A stretch of 64,000 bases of DNA from Deinococcus sp. (GCA_965261005.1 OZ253375.1:1120001-1184000); one strand, 5' to 3'; shown: positions 23,181 to 36,597, numbered from the stretch's first letter. Translations and numbers: made by a program. Notes: generated by a model from the letters alone, not told the origin.

Positions 23181-23453
23181 ATGGACTTCGATTGGGACTT
23201 TGCCAACCTAGACCATATCGCCCGCCACAAGGTCGAACCGGACGAGGTGGAGGAAGCCGTTCAGGACCCAGACGCCGTCCCGTATCCCACACACCGAGGA
23301 CCGCAGGGCCAAGCACGCTATGCCGTTGTCGGCGCCACCGAAGCAGGCCGACTTCTCGTCGTCATTCTCGAAACCAGGGGCGATCAGGCCCGCGTCGTCA
23401 CTGCACGCCCTGCCAACGCGGTTGAACGCCGACCCTACGAAGCTCAGGAGTAA
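23181..23453 (+). CDS. BrnT-family toxin
   Basis: FDWD..NLDHIARHKV...GRLLVVI...RVVTARPA. Confidence 0.88.
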   Translation: MDFDWDFANLDHIARHKVEPDEVEEAVQDPDAVPYPTHRGPQGQARYAVVGATEAGRLLVVILETRGDQARVVTARPANAVERRPYEAQE

Positions 23454-23455
23454 CC

Positions 23456-23815
23456 ATGTCCTACGATTACGACAACATGCCGGTCATCAATAGCCGCGAG
23501 GAAATTCCGGAAAACATGACTACAGAAGAAGCCGCCGACTTTTGGGACACGCACGCCCTTGGTCCCGGCCTCTTTGAGGAAGGCAAGAACGACCCCGAAG
23601 CCTGGGCGCTCCTCAATAAGATCGCCCCCCGCACTCGGCCCCGGCAACCGCGCCAGCCCAAGGCCACGCACGTCACCACCCTGCGCCTGGACGAGGACAT
23701 GCAGGCCCGGCTGAAGCGGGTCGCCGCGCTGAAGAAGGTGCCGTACCAAACGCTGCTCAAGCAGTTCGTGGGCGAGCGGTTGTATGAGGAGGAGAAGCGG
23801 CTGGGGGTGGTATGA
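23456..23815 (+). CDS. BrnA/CopG-type antitoxin
   Basis: EAADFWDTH; C-terminal ribbon-helix-helix TTLRLDE...PYQTLLK. Confidence 0.85.
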   Translation: MSYDYDNMPVINSREEIPENMTTEEAADFWDTHALGPGLFEEGKNDPEAWALLNKIAPRTRPRQPRQPKATHVTTLRLDEDMQARLKRVAALKKVPYQTLLKQFVGERLYEEEKRLGVV

Positions 23816-23818
23816 AGG

Positions 23819-24073
23819 GTATCTGATTAGCGGGGGAGCTAGACAAGCTAACACAGCCTCTTTTTGCCGTCTTGGAGCAGCTTTCGCAAAGCTCGCCAAG
23901 CCAAATAACGCTCTAAAACCCTGATTGTAATTTATATCATTGGGGAAAAGCATGTCCAGCACGCTTATGTTTCAGACTAAAAGGCGAATCCAAATTTATA
24001 GATTTATCTGAAATAGCGCACTGGACGGCGAATTTCTCGGTAACTTTACAAACGAAGCGCGCCAATCAGATAC
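23819..24073. mobile_element. 255-bp non-autonomous element with IS66-type ends
   Basis: GTATCTGATTAGCG ... CGCCAATCAGATAC; AT-rich interior; no target duplication. Confidence 0.7.
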
Positions 24074-24085
24074 CTCTCCCTGAAC

Positions 24086-24579
24086 GTGTCACCCTCTTTT
24101 ACCCTCCCCTCCACCTCTCCCGACGTGCACTTCGCCCTTGAGCGCGTGCGGGCGCCTGCCAACGCCCGGCTGTCCTGCATGGTCCCGGCGGACGCCCTGA
24201 ACGGCCCGGAGGGAGAGATACCCCCCGGCGTGCGGGCGTGGTGGTCATCTCTGGCGGCGGAGTTGCTGGCCGGGCCGGGTGGGGGCGCGTGGTGCTGGTA
24301 TCGGACGCGGGGCGGCGCTGGTTCCGGGCGCGCTACGACGTGCGGGAGGCCACGCCCGGGCGGGTGCTGGCGGCCGTGGAACAGGAGTGGGGCGGACCTT
24401 CCTCCGGCGGGCTGTTTACGCTGTGTTGGGGCACGGCCGAGGAGGCGACCCGGACACGCGGGCGCCTGGCCTGCCGGGGCGCGGCGTTCAGCGTGGCCGA
24501 TCAGCACGGGCTGTGCCTGTACGCGGAGGCCGCCGACTTGGAAAGGCTGAAAGCCTGTACTTCGCGCGACGAAGGGTAG
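24086..24579 (+). pseudogene. Hypothetical protein, probable frameshift
   Basis: Two overlapping ORFs join if one G is added to the G5 run at 24281-24285. Confidence 0.4.
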
Positions 24580-24645
24580 CGCCTTTTCCCCTATCCTCCC
24601 CCGTGCCCCAGCTGCCCGCTTTCCCAGAATTGCAGCTTTAAATTT

Positions 24646-24664
24646 GGTATGACTCGGTTATACT
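24646..24664. promoter_or_regulatory. TA operator overlapping the -10 box
   Basis: GGTATGAC-tcg-GTTATACT imperfect palindrome; TATACT lies 6 nt before the ATG. Confidence 0.55.
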
Positions 24665-24670
24665 CATTCA

Positions 24671-24907
24671 ATGAAGACCGCCATCTCCCTTGACGACCAG
24701 ACGTTCTCTGAAGCCGAAGCCTTGGCGCAAAAGTTAAGCCTGAGCCGCAGCGAACTGTACCGCGCCGCCCTACGGGAATACCTGGCACGCCACAGCGACC
24801 AGGACGTGACGGCGGCGCTCGACCGGGTGTACGAAGCGAATCCACAGCAAGACGACGACCTGCGGCGGGAGGCGGCGCGCCGAACGTTTGAGGCGAACGA
24901 GTGGTGA
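24671..24907 (+). CDS. Ribbon-helix-helix antitoxin (ChpI/CopG-like)
   Basis: MKTAISL...SRSELYRAALREYL; overlaps the toxin start. Confidence 0.85.
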   Translation: MKTAISLDDQTFSEAEALAQKLSLSRSELYRAALREYLARHSDQDVTAALDRVYEANPQQDDDLRREAARRTFEANEW

Positions 24908-25245
24908 TTGTTCGCGGCGAGATTTGGTGGGCCGATTTGGGCGCGCCCGTGGGCAGCCGTCCGGCGTTTGTTCGCCCGGTATTGGTGGTGCAGGCGGACA
25001 GCTTCAATCGCAGCCGTCTTGCGACGGCCATTGTTGCCGTCCTGACCAGCAATCTCGCTTTGGCGTCCGCTCCGGGCAACGTCTTCTTGGAAACTCACCG
25101 CACAAAACTACCCAAAGACAGCGTGGTCAACGTTTCCGCACTGCTTGCCTTGAACAAGGCTGAGCTAACGGAACGGATTTCGGAATTGAGCGTGGCGGCC
25201 ATGCGGGAAGTGGACGCCGGGCTGCGGCTGGTGCTGGGCCTGTAG
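24904..25245 (+). CDS. mazF: PemK/MazF-family toxin
   Basis: RGEIWWADL, RPVLVVQ, LTSN, LPKDSVVN. Confidence 0.92.
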   Translation: MIVRGEIWWADLGAPVGSRPAFVRPVLVVQADSFNRSRLATAIVAVLTSNLALASAPGNVFLETHRTKLPKDSVVNVSALLALNKAELTERISELSVAAMREVDAGLRLVLGL

Positions 25246-25260
25246 CCTTATCCTTCCCCC

Positions 25261-25464
25261 ATGCCCCCTTCGCGCGCCCAGATTCATCCCGGCCTCAGCG
25301 TGGACATCGTACAAAAGCAGGACCAGCCCAGCGGCAAGCTGACGCGCGGCGTGGTGGCGCAGCTGCTCACGCGCTCCAGCACCCATCCGCACGGGATCAA
25401 GGTCCGGCTCACAAGCGGCCAGGTGGGGCGGGTGCAGGCGGTGGTGGCAGAAAACCCGGCGTGA
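25261..25464 (+). CDS. YwbE-family protein
   Basis: KQDQPSGKLTRGVV...HPHGIKVRL..GQVGRV. Confidence 0.88.
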   Translation: MPPSRAQIHPGLSVDIVQKQDQPSGKLTRGVVAQLLTRSSTHPHGIKVRLTSGQVGRVQAVVAENPA

Positions 25465-25592
25465 TGGGTTCACCTTTTCCCGCTTGGCCCCGGCGTAGAC
25501 TTGAGCGTGAACCTCGCCGAGCTGAACATTCGATCTGAGACGCCGCAAGGGGCGGGGGGGCACACCGAACGCCCCGCCCCACTTCTCCCCGC

Positions 25593-27010
<1,418 letters not shown>

Positions 27011-27011
<1 letters not shown>

Positions 27012-28207
27012 TGACGCAGCTGCTCTTCAGAGAAGACGCCTACGCCACCAGTTTTGAGGCGAAGGTGCTCATGGTCGAAGGTCGGCGCGTCCTGCTCGAC
27101 CGCACCCTGTTCTACCCCGAGGCCGGCGGCCAGAGCGCGGACGTGGGGCAGCTCAGCTGGGACGGCGGCACGGCCCACGTGACCGACGTGCAAAAGGGCG
27201 AGGGCGGCGTGTGGCACGCGCTGGAGGGGGACTTGCCGGAGGGCGGCGCGGGCGTGGCGGGCAAGCTCGACTGGGCCGCGCGCTACCGCCACATGCAGCG
27301 CCACACAGGAGAGCATCTGCTGGCGCAGGCGTTTCTGCGGGTGAACCCCGCCTTCAAGGTGCGGGCCGTCAGCATGCGCGGGCCGCACTGCACGCTGGAT
27401 TTGGAGGGTGAACCGACCGACGCGGACGCACGAACCGCTGAAGAAATATTGCAAGACATCTTCGCCCGCGACCTGCCCGTCGAGACCTTCGAGGTGCCAG
27501 AGGGCGAACTGGGCCAGTATCCGTTGCGCCGCCCGCCGCAGGTGTCGGGCACGGTGCGCCTGGTCGGCGTGCGGGAGGGGGACGGCTGGTGGGAGATGAG
27601 CGCCTGCGGGGGCACCCATTTGAAGTCGAGCGCCTTTGCGGCCCCGCTGGCAGTGCTGAGCCTGGAACGGATCAAGGCGGGCCTGACCCGCGCGACCTTT
27701 GTGGCGGGGGAAGAGGCGGCGGGGGAGCTGGGCCGGGTGTACCGCGCCGCCCGCAGCGTGGCGCGTTCCCTCAGCGTGCCGGTCGAAAAGTTGGAGGAGC
27801 GCTTCGCGGCGCTGCGGGAAGAGGGGGTCAGGTTGAGGGCGGAGTTGGAGCGCGCGCACACAGACCTGGCCCGCGCGCTGGTCGAGGCGGCTCCTGTACA
27901 AGCGCTGCCGAACGGCCTGAGCGTCCGCTTTGTGCATGTCCCCGAGGCCGACTTGGTCACGCCCGCGCTGGGCGTGCTGGCGACCCTCCCGAACGCCTTG
28001 GGCGCCGTTGTCGCCGGAAACGGACGTTGCGGCGCGGTTAGCAGCGTGCCGGAGCTGCACGCGGGCAAGCTGCTCGGCGAGTGGCTGGCCGTCGCCGGCG
28101 GGCGCGGCGGGGGCAAGGCGGACGTGGCACAAGGGCAGACCGGGGACGCGCTCGCCTTTGGGCGCGCCGTCCAGGCCAGCTGGGTAAGCCTTTGTACCCT
28201 GGAGTAA
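27011..28207 (+). CDS. Alanyl-tRNA editing protein (AlaX-like, with DHHA1 domain)
   Basis: TLFYPEAGGQ, HMQRHTGEH, CGGTH, GGRGGG. Confidence 0.9.
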
Positions 28208-28245
28208 GTAAATTGTGAGAACTCTTGGCTTAAGCTGTGCGGAAT

Positions 28246-28440
28246 ATGACGTCCCTGACCGAGCCACAAGACCGCGCCGCCGAGGAGGAGTTGGAGGCCG
28301 TGTTGGAGGCCCTGCCCGCCGGCACGCGGCAGATCGGGTTTTACTCGTACGGCGAGTTGGCGCCCAACCCCGGCGGCTCGTGCGACTTGCACAACCAAGC
28401 CATGACGCTCACAGTAATTTATGAACACGGTGATGTATGA
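28246..28440 (+). pseudogene. C-terminal remnant of a FIST-domain sensory protein
   Basis: EEELEAV...GFYSYGELAP...CDLHNQAMTLT; coupled to the next gene by an ATGA overlap. Confidence 0.75.
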
Positions 28441-30509
28441 ACGGTGAGCGAAAAGGCGGAGACGCGGCGCTGCACCAGCTGCTGAAGCGGCAACTGCGCC
28501 GGCTCGGTTTGAACGGCGAGACGCCGCCGGACGCGGCGGCTTGGCCCGCCTTGCTCAGGGCCGTTCACCACGCCTACCAAGAGGGTGACCAGGACCGCTA
28601 CCTGCTGAAGCGCTCGCTGACCGTGTCCTCCGAGGAGATGCAGGCGCTCTACCAAAACCTGCACGCCGCTTCCGAGGCGCTGCTTTTGCAGGAGCGCGCC
28701 AAGCTGAGCGAAAGCGAGGCGCGCTACCAAGCGGTGGTCGAGGGCGTGGGTGAGGTGATCTTCCAAACCGACGCTTCGGGCGCGTGGTCGTTTCTGAATC
28801 CCGCTTGGAAGACCATCACCGGCTTCCCCGTCGAGGATTCGCTGGGCGTCCGGGCGCTGCGCTTTCTCTGTCCGGACGACCGGGCGCGGGTGCTGGCAGG
28901 ACTCACGGCGTCGGGAACGGAGGGTTGGCAAGGCGAGGCCAGGTACACGACGCGGGGCGGCGAGCTGCGCTGGATCGAGGTGCGCGTCCGGCCGGCCTTT
29001 GTGGACGGTCAGCTGAGCGGCGCGAGCGGCACGCTGAGCGACATCGACGCCCGCAAGCGCGCCGAGCAGGCGCTCGCGGATGCGGGCGCGCTGTACCAAG
29101 GCGAGTTGGAGGGGCGCGTCAAGGCGCGCACCGACGAGCTGGTGCGCCTGAACGCCCAGCTTCAGCACGACGCCTTTCACGACGCCCTGACCGGGCTGCC
29201 GAACCGCGCGCTGCTCAAGGACCGGCTCGGGCAGGCCATCGAGCGCCATCAGCGTCAGTCCGGCGGCGGTTTCGCCGTTTTGTTCCTCGACTTCGACCGC
29301 TTCAAGGTGATCAACGACTCGCTGGGCCACACCGCCGGCGACGCGCTGCTGCGCGCCCTCGGAGCGCGCCTGCGCGGCTGCGTGCGTCCGGGCGACACGG
29401 TGGCGCGCTTGGGCGGCGACGAGTTCGTGGTGCTGCTCGAAGACGTGAACCTTGAGCGCGCCGTGTACACCGCCGGGCGCGTTCAGGAAGCGCTGCGCCG
29501 ACCCTTCGAGCTGGAGGAAAAGAGCGTGCGCATGTCCGCCAGCATCGGCGTCGTGGGCGGCGACCCGGAGTACCGCAGCCCGGAGGAGGTGCTGCGCGAC
29601 GCCGACATCGCCATGTACCGCGCCAAGGCGCTGGGCAAAGCCGGGCATCAGGTGTTCACCCGCCAGATGCGCGAACAGGCGCTGAGCCTGATGGCGCTGG
29701 AAAGCGATCTGCGCGCGGCCGTGCAGGGCGGGGAACTTCAGATTCACTATCAGCCCATCGTGGCGCTCCAAAGCGGCCGGCCGGTGGGCTTCGAGGCGCT
29801 GGCGCGCTGGAACCATCCCACCCTGGGCGCCGTGCCCCCGGCGCAATTCGTGCCCATCGCCGAGGAAACCGGCCTGATCACCGAACTCGACCGCTTGGTG
29901 CTGCGCGAGGCATGTAGGCAGGTGCGCGCGTGGCAGCGCCAGTTTCCGGCGCTGCCCCCGCTGACGCTGAGCGTCAACTTCTCGGGCCAGCAGTTCGGGC
30001 ACCCCGATCTGCACGAGCGCGTGGAGGAAATTCTGCGGGAAACCGGCTTCGATCCGCGCGACCTCAAAATCGAGATCACCGAGAGCGTGCTGATGCAGAA
30101 CCTGGAGGTGGTGGACGCCACCTTGGCGCGGCTCAAGGCCCTGGGCGTGCAGCTGTACATCGACGACTTCGGCACGGGTTACTCCTCGCTCGGGTACTTG
30201 CAGCGCTACCCGGTGGACACCATCAAGATTGACCGCTCGTTTATCGAGGGCATGGGCCGTACCCCGGAGGGGGCCGAGCTGGTGCGCACCATCCTGACCA
30301 TGGCGGAGAACCTGAACCTCAAGGTGGTCGCCGAGGGCATCGAGTCGCTGGGCCAACTGGAGCAGTTGCAGGCGCTCAACTGTACCTACGGCCAGGGCTA
30401 CTACTTTTCCAAGCCGCTCGATTCGCTGTCCGCCACCTCGCTGCTTGAGGGCGACCAAGCGGCGGCCCAACTGGCCTTGGAGCCGCTGGCGTCCGAACTT
30501 TGGGCTTGA
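28437..30509 (+). CDS. PAS-GGDEF-EAL diguanylate cyclase/phosphodiesterase
   Basis: PAS domain, HDALTGLPNR, RLGGDEF, GFEALAR, DDFGTGYSS. Confidence 0.95.
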   Translation: MNGERKGGDAALHQLLKRQLRRLGLNGETPPDAAAWPALLRAVHHAYQEGDQDRYLLKRSLTVSSEEMQALYQNLHAASEALLLQERAKLSESEARYQAVVEGVGEVIFQTDASGAWSFLNPAWKTITGFPVEDSLGVRALRFLCPDDRARVLAGLTASGTEGWQGEARYTTRGGELRWIEVRVRPAFVDGQLSGASGTLSDIDARKRAEQALADAGALYQGELEGRVKARTDELVRLNAQLQHDAFHDALTGLPNRALLKDRLGQAIERHQRQSGGGFAVLFLDFDRFKVINDSLGHTAGDALLRALGARLRGCVRPGDTVARLGGDEFVVLLEDVNLERAVYTAGRVQEALRRPFELEEKSVRMSASIGVVGGDPEYRSPEEVLRDADIAMYRAKALGKAGHQVFTRQMREQALSLMALESDLRAAVQGGELQIHYQPIVALQSGRPVGFEALARWNHPTLGAVPPAQFVPIAEETGLITELDRLVLREACRQVRAWQRQFPALPPLTLSVNFSGQQFGHPDLHERVEEILRETGFDPRDLKIEITESVLMQNLEVVDATLARLKALGVQLYIDDFGTGYSSLGYLQRYPVDTIKIDRSFIEGMGRTPEGAELVRTILTMAENLNLKVVAEGIESLGQLEQLQALNCTYGQGYYFSKPLDSLSATSLLEGDQAAAQLALEPLASELWA

Positions 30510-30575
30510 GCACTTTGGGCTTGAGCGCTGCAAGAGGTGATACAACGGGGTAAACACCGAAAGGAAAACCACCCC

Positions 30576-31565
30576 ATGCGGACACTGATCACCTTGAGCC
30601 TCAGCGCGCTGCTCGGCGGGGCGCTGGCCCAACCGGCGCCAAGCGCCGCCGAAACGCTGATTCTAAGCGCCGTTCCCGGCACCCAGGTCGAGTACGTCGT
30701 CTCATACAAGATGCGGCTCGACAACTTGCAGTTCAGCTACGTGCCGCAGCCGGGCGTAACGCTGAGCGCCAAACAGCAGGCCGAGCTTACTCAGATGAAC
30801 GACCAACTGACGGCCCAGTTGCCCCAATTTACAGCGGCCCTGGAAAAAGCCGCCCAGAGCAGCCAATCCAAGGAGTTCATCAAGGTGCTGCCGAGGGATG
30901 AGCGCGGCAACAGCGTCCTGCAAACGACCTTGATCACGCCCGGCCAAAATGACAATGTGGCCAAAATCAAGACGTTCACCACGACCAAGCTCATTCAGAC
31001 CATCGCGCCGGACGGCCACATTCTGAAGCTCAACATTCAAACCAACGATCCGCAGCTTCAGCGCGTCTACAATGCCATGAATTCCGAGGAACTTTTAAAG
31101 AAGTTCAACCAAAACGGCCAGGGCGACCTCTACGGCCTGACCCTCCGGCCCGGCGAGACGCGGGGCAGCACCCAAACGCTGGACGTGGGCGCGCTGCTGG
31201 GCGGCCTCGGCGCCCTTATGGGCGGTGCCAGCTTCAAGGCCCAGCCGCTGACCATGAACGTCGCCACGACCTACCTCGGCAAGAGCGCGACGGGCGTTCG
31301 CAGCTACCAGCAGAGCTACACGTCCTCGCCTTGGAAGGTGAGCGTCAGCGTGCCCTCTCCGGGAAGCAAAAGTTCGGCGCTCGACATCAGTGCCACCAGC
31401 TCAAGCGGTCAGGGCGGCCAAAGCTACCGGCCCGACGGCCTGCCGCAGACCAGCGACAGCGTTCAGACGATTGGCATGGTTATAAGTTCAGACCTCCCCG
31501 ACATGCCGGCGCGTTCGGAGTTCCGCGTGGACATGATCATCGCCTCCAGCTTGGCGGCCCGCTGA
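30576..31565 (+). CDS. Secreted hypothetical protein
   Basis: Signal peptide MRTLITLSLSALLGGALA; SD AAGGA. Confidence 0.75.
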   Translation: MRTLITLSLSALLGGALAQPAPSAAETLILSAVPGTQVEYVVSYKMRLDNLQFSYVPQPGVTLSAKQQAELTQMNDQLTAQLPQFTAALEKAAQSSQSKEFIKVLPRDERGNSVLQTTLITPGQNDNVAKIKTFTTTKLIQTIAPDGHILKLNIQTNDPQLQRVYNAMNSEELLKKFNQNGQGDLYGLTLRPGETRGSTQTLDVGALLGGLGALMGGASFKAQPLTMNVATTYLGKSATGVRSYQQSYTSSPWKVSVSVPSPGSKSSALDISATSSSGQGGQSYRPDGLPQTSDSVQTIGMVISSDLPDMPARSEFRVDMIIASSLAAR

Positions 31566-31603
31566 GCGACCCCGCCTTCCGGCGAGTGCTCTAGAATGCG
31601 GCC

Positions 31604-34147
<2,544 letters not shown>

Positions 34148-34166
34148 CCGAGGAAAAGGAGACGAT

Positions 34167-34739
34167 ATGAAACAGCATCAATTGGGCCGCGACTTGTCCC
34201 ACGAAACCGATCAGCTTTTCGAGGAACAGGGCTGGCTCGACCCCCTGGCCGATAGGCTGCAAGGAGCGGTCGAGGGCGCCTTTGACGCGCTGGGCCCCGC
34301 CGTCGAGAACGCCCTGCACGGCCAGTTCCTGGGCCACCCGCTGCACCCGGCCCTGATTGATCTGCCGCTGGGGGCCTGGGGGGCGGTGGGCGCCTTTGAC
34401 CTGCTCGACAGCCTCGGCGTCAAGCATCTGGAGGGCGCGACCAACTGGCTGCTGAGCCTGGGCCTGCTCGGGTCGGGAGCGGCGGTGGCGGCCGGCTGGA
34501 CTGACTGGCACAAGACCAGCCGCTTGCCGCGCCGCATCGGCTTGGCGCACGGGCTACTGAACGAGGGGGCGCAGGCGCTGTACCTCGGCTCGCTGCTGGC
34601 CCGGCTGCGCGGCAAAAAGACCTTGGGCAAAGTGCTGGCCCTGGGAGGTTTGGGCGTTCTGGGTGTGGGGGCGTACTTGGGCGGCCATTTGGTCTACAGT
34701 CACAAAGTCGGGGTGGGGCGGCCGTTCAGGGCGGGGTAG
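34167..34739 (+). CDS. DUF2231-like membrane protein
   Basis: LHGQFLGHPLHPALIDLPLGAW, AGWTDW, GGHLVY. Confidence 0.8.
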   Translation: MKQHQLGRDLSHETDQLFEEQGWLDPLADRLQGAVEGAFDALGPAVENALHGQFLGHPLHPALIDLPLGAWGAVGAFDLLDSLGVKHLEGATNWLLSLGLLGSGAAVAAGWTDWHKTSRLPRRIGLAHGLLNEGAQALYLGSLLARLRGKKTLGKVLALGGLGVLGVGAYLGGHLVYSHKVGVGRPFRAG

Positions 34740-34748
34740 CGCGGCGCT

Positions 34749-35300
34749 CTATTTGGCCGGCTTGACCTTAAAGCTGCTGAGCACCTTGTCAAAGGCGGGG
34801 CCGTACTTGGGGTAGAGGGCCGCCGGCGTCACCAGCTGAAAGCTGTAGAAGTGCTTGCCGTCGGCGCCCAGCCAAGCGGAGAGCCGCAGCTTGGCGTTGT
34901 TGGCCTTGATGGTCATCTGGTACTGCCGCTCCTGCCCGGCCACGCCGCCGAGCGTGCGGTCGCGCGCGCTCAGTTTCTTGAGCACAGCTTGACCGCCGCC
35001 CGAGGCGCCCTCTTCGAAGCCCGCCCACTGCTCGGAGACGTTGTTCGGCCCGGACTCGGCCCCGGAGATCAGGACCATGCTCGCCTCGGGCGGCGTTTGT
35101 TTGGTGAACAACAGGGCGCCGACCGTGCCCGCCGGCGCGTCGCGCCGAATCCAGCCGCTGGGCACCTGGGCGCTGAAGGTCAGCCCCTTGCCGCTCAGCA
35201 AGGTGGTGGCGCCTTGAGCGCTGACCGTTTGAAAGCTCACCTCCCCCGTTATGGTGAGGAGAAAGACCGCCGGACTCAGAATCTTCATTTGAAGTTGCAT
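34749..35300 (-). CDS. Secreted hypothetical protein (PsbP/DcrB-like fold possible)
   Basis: Signal-like N-terminus, VPSGW, FDKVLSSF; -10 TACACT precedes the start. Confidence 0.6.
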   Translation of the reverse strand: MQLQMKILSPAVFLLTITGEVSFQTVSAQGATTLLSGKGLTFSAQVPSGWIRRDAPAGTVGALLFTKQTPPEASMVLISGAESGPNNVSEQWAGFEEGASGGGQAVLKKLSARDRTLGGVAGQERQYQMTIKANNAKLRLSAWLGADGKHFYSFQLVTPAALYPKYGPAFDKVLSSFKVKPAK

Positions 35301-35324
35301 GGGACGAAGTGTAGCAACTGGGAC

Positions 35325-35882
35325 TCATGGCAGGCGCCACAACCGCGCCCCAATGGTTCCTGCCACGTCCGAGAGCGGCACCGGCCCGAAGTAGCGCGAG
35401 TCCACGCTCTCGCCCAGGTGGCGGTTGTCGCCCAGCACGTAGACGCTCTCCTTGGGCACCCGTACGGGCGCCAGGGTCTGCCCCGCGTCCCCGCCGGCGT
35501 AGCTTTCAGCCACGCGCACGCCGTTGCGGTACAGCGCTCCTTCCCGCAGTTCTACCATGTCCCCCGCCACGCCCACCACCCGCTTGATCAGGTAAGGGCG
35601 GGAGCGCACGCCAAAGGTGCCCGCCGCGTAGCTTTCCGGGTGCCCCGCCGGCCCCTTGAACACAATCACGTCGCCACGCCCCGGCCAATTCGGCAACCCA
35701 CCCCAAGCGTGCAGCCACCTGGGCCACTTCCTGAGCAGCAGCACGTCCCCGCTGTGGTAGGTCGGGTTCATCGAGTCGCCGTCCACCCGCGCCACCATCG
35801 CCACGAAGGTGGCGACCAGCCACACCGGCAGGGCGGCGAACAGCAGCCAGTCGCGCAGGAACCGGAGCAGGGGCGCTCGCAC
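35325..35882 (-). CDS. lepB: Signal peptidase I
   Basis: GDSMNPT, LIKRVVG, VLGDNR..SVDSRYFG. Confidence 0.93.
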   Translation of the reverse strand: MRAPLLRFLRDWLLFAALPVWLVATFVAMVARVDGDSMNPTYHSGDVLLLRKWPRWLHAWGGLPNWPGRGDVIVFKGPAGHPESYAAGTFGVRSRPYLIKRVVGVAGDMVELREGALYRNGVRVAESYAGGDAGQTLAPVRVPKESVYVLGDNRHLGESVDSRYFGPVPLSDVAGTIGARLWRLP

Positions 35883-35919
35883 GGCGGAATGCTAGCGCAA
35901 GCCGGCCCAAAGGCGAGCG

Positions 35920-35936
35920 TTACGCCATTAACGTAA
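35920..35936. promoter_or_regulatory. RDRM (DdrO box) in the ruvA promoter
   Basis: TTACGCCATTAACGTAA, 12 bp upstream of the -10 TAGACT. Confidence 0.8.
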
Positions 35937-35961
35937 TCAAGGAAACGCTAGACTGTCTCCC

Positions 35962-36558
35962 GTGATCGCCTTTTTGGAAGGCCCGGTGCGCGAACTCCGC
36001 GAGACAAGCGCCGTCGTGATGGCGGGCGGCGTCGGCTACGAGGCGCTGTGCCCGCGCACCACCCTGGAGACCTTGCAAATCGGCGAGGTGGCGGCGCTGC
36101 ACACCCGCCTGGTCGTGCGCGAGGACGCCTGGACGCTGTACGGCTTTCACCATCCGGACCTGGGCACCCTGTTTGATTACCTGACCGGCGTCAGTGGGGT
36201 GGGGGGCAAGCTGGCCCTGGCGCTGCTGTCGGCCATGCCCAGCGCGGTGCTGGCGCACGCCATCCTGAACGGCGACGTGGGCCTGCTCTCCAGCGTGTCG
36301 GGCGTGGGCAAGAAGACGGCCGAGCGCCTGAGCCTGGAGCTGCGCAGCAAGCTGCCGCCGCGCCTCGCGAACGAGGTGGGCGGCGCGCGGCGGCCCAGCA
36401 CGGCCACCAGCAGCGCCGAGCGCGACGCGGTGGACGCCCTCCTCGCGCTGGGCTACCGCGAGTTGCAGGTGCGCGCGGCCGTCTCGGAGTTGCTGTCAAA
36501 CGAGTCGGAGCTGAGCGCCGACCAGCTGATTCGCAGAAGCTTGGGCCGGCTGCGCTGA
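35962..36558 (+). CDS. ruvA: Holliday junction branch migration protein RuvA
   Basis: GGVGYE, VREDAWTLYGF, GVGKKTAERL. Confidence 0.97.
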   Translation: MIAFLEGPVRELRETSAVVMAGGVGYEALCPRTTLETLQIGEVAALHTRLVVREDAWTLYGFHHPDLGTLFDYLTGVSGVGGKLALALLSAMPSAVLAHAILNGDVGLLSSVSGVGKKTAERLSLELRSKLPPRLANEVGGARRPSTATSSAERDAVDALLALGYRELQVRAAVSELLSNESELSADQLIRRSLGRLR

Positions 36559-36597
36559 GCTACGGTCCTGATGGGGCGAACAAGACACAATTCAGCC

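Noticed and set aside
23444..23962. 172-aa minus-strand ORF across the antitoxin and the mini-element
   Set aside because: A chimera of antisense antitoxin and element sequence; no motif.
19706..23981. RDRM-like strings upstream of brnT and at 23965
   Set aside because: Wrong spacing or a poor second arm.
28193..28270. IS end remnants at the FIST breakpoint (GTAAGC..., CCTGACCGAGCC)
   Set aside because: Matches are too short to assign.
30497..30526. 15-bp tandem duplication ACTTTGGGCTTGAGC (similarly CCCACATAG x2 at 9091-9108)
   Set aside because: Could be slippage or an excision scar; only two units and no further evidence.
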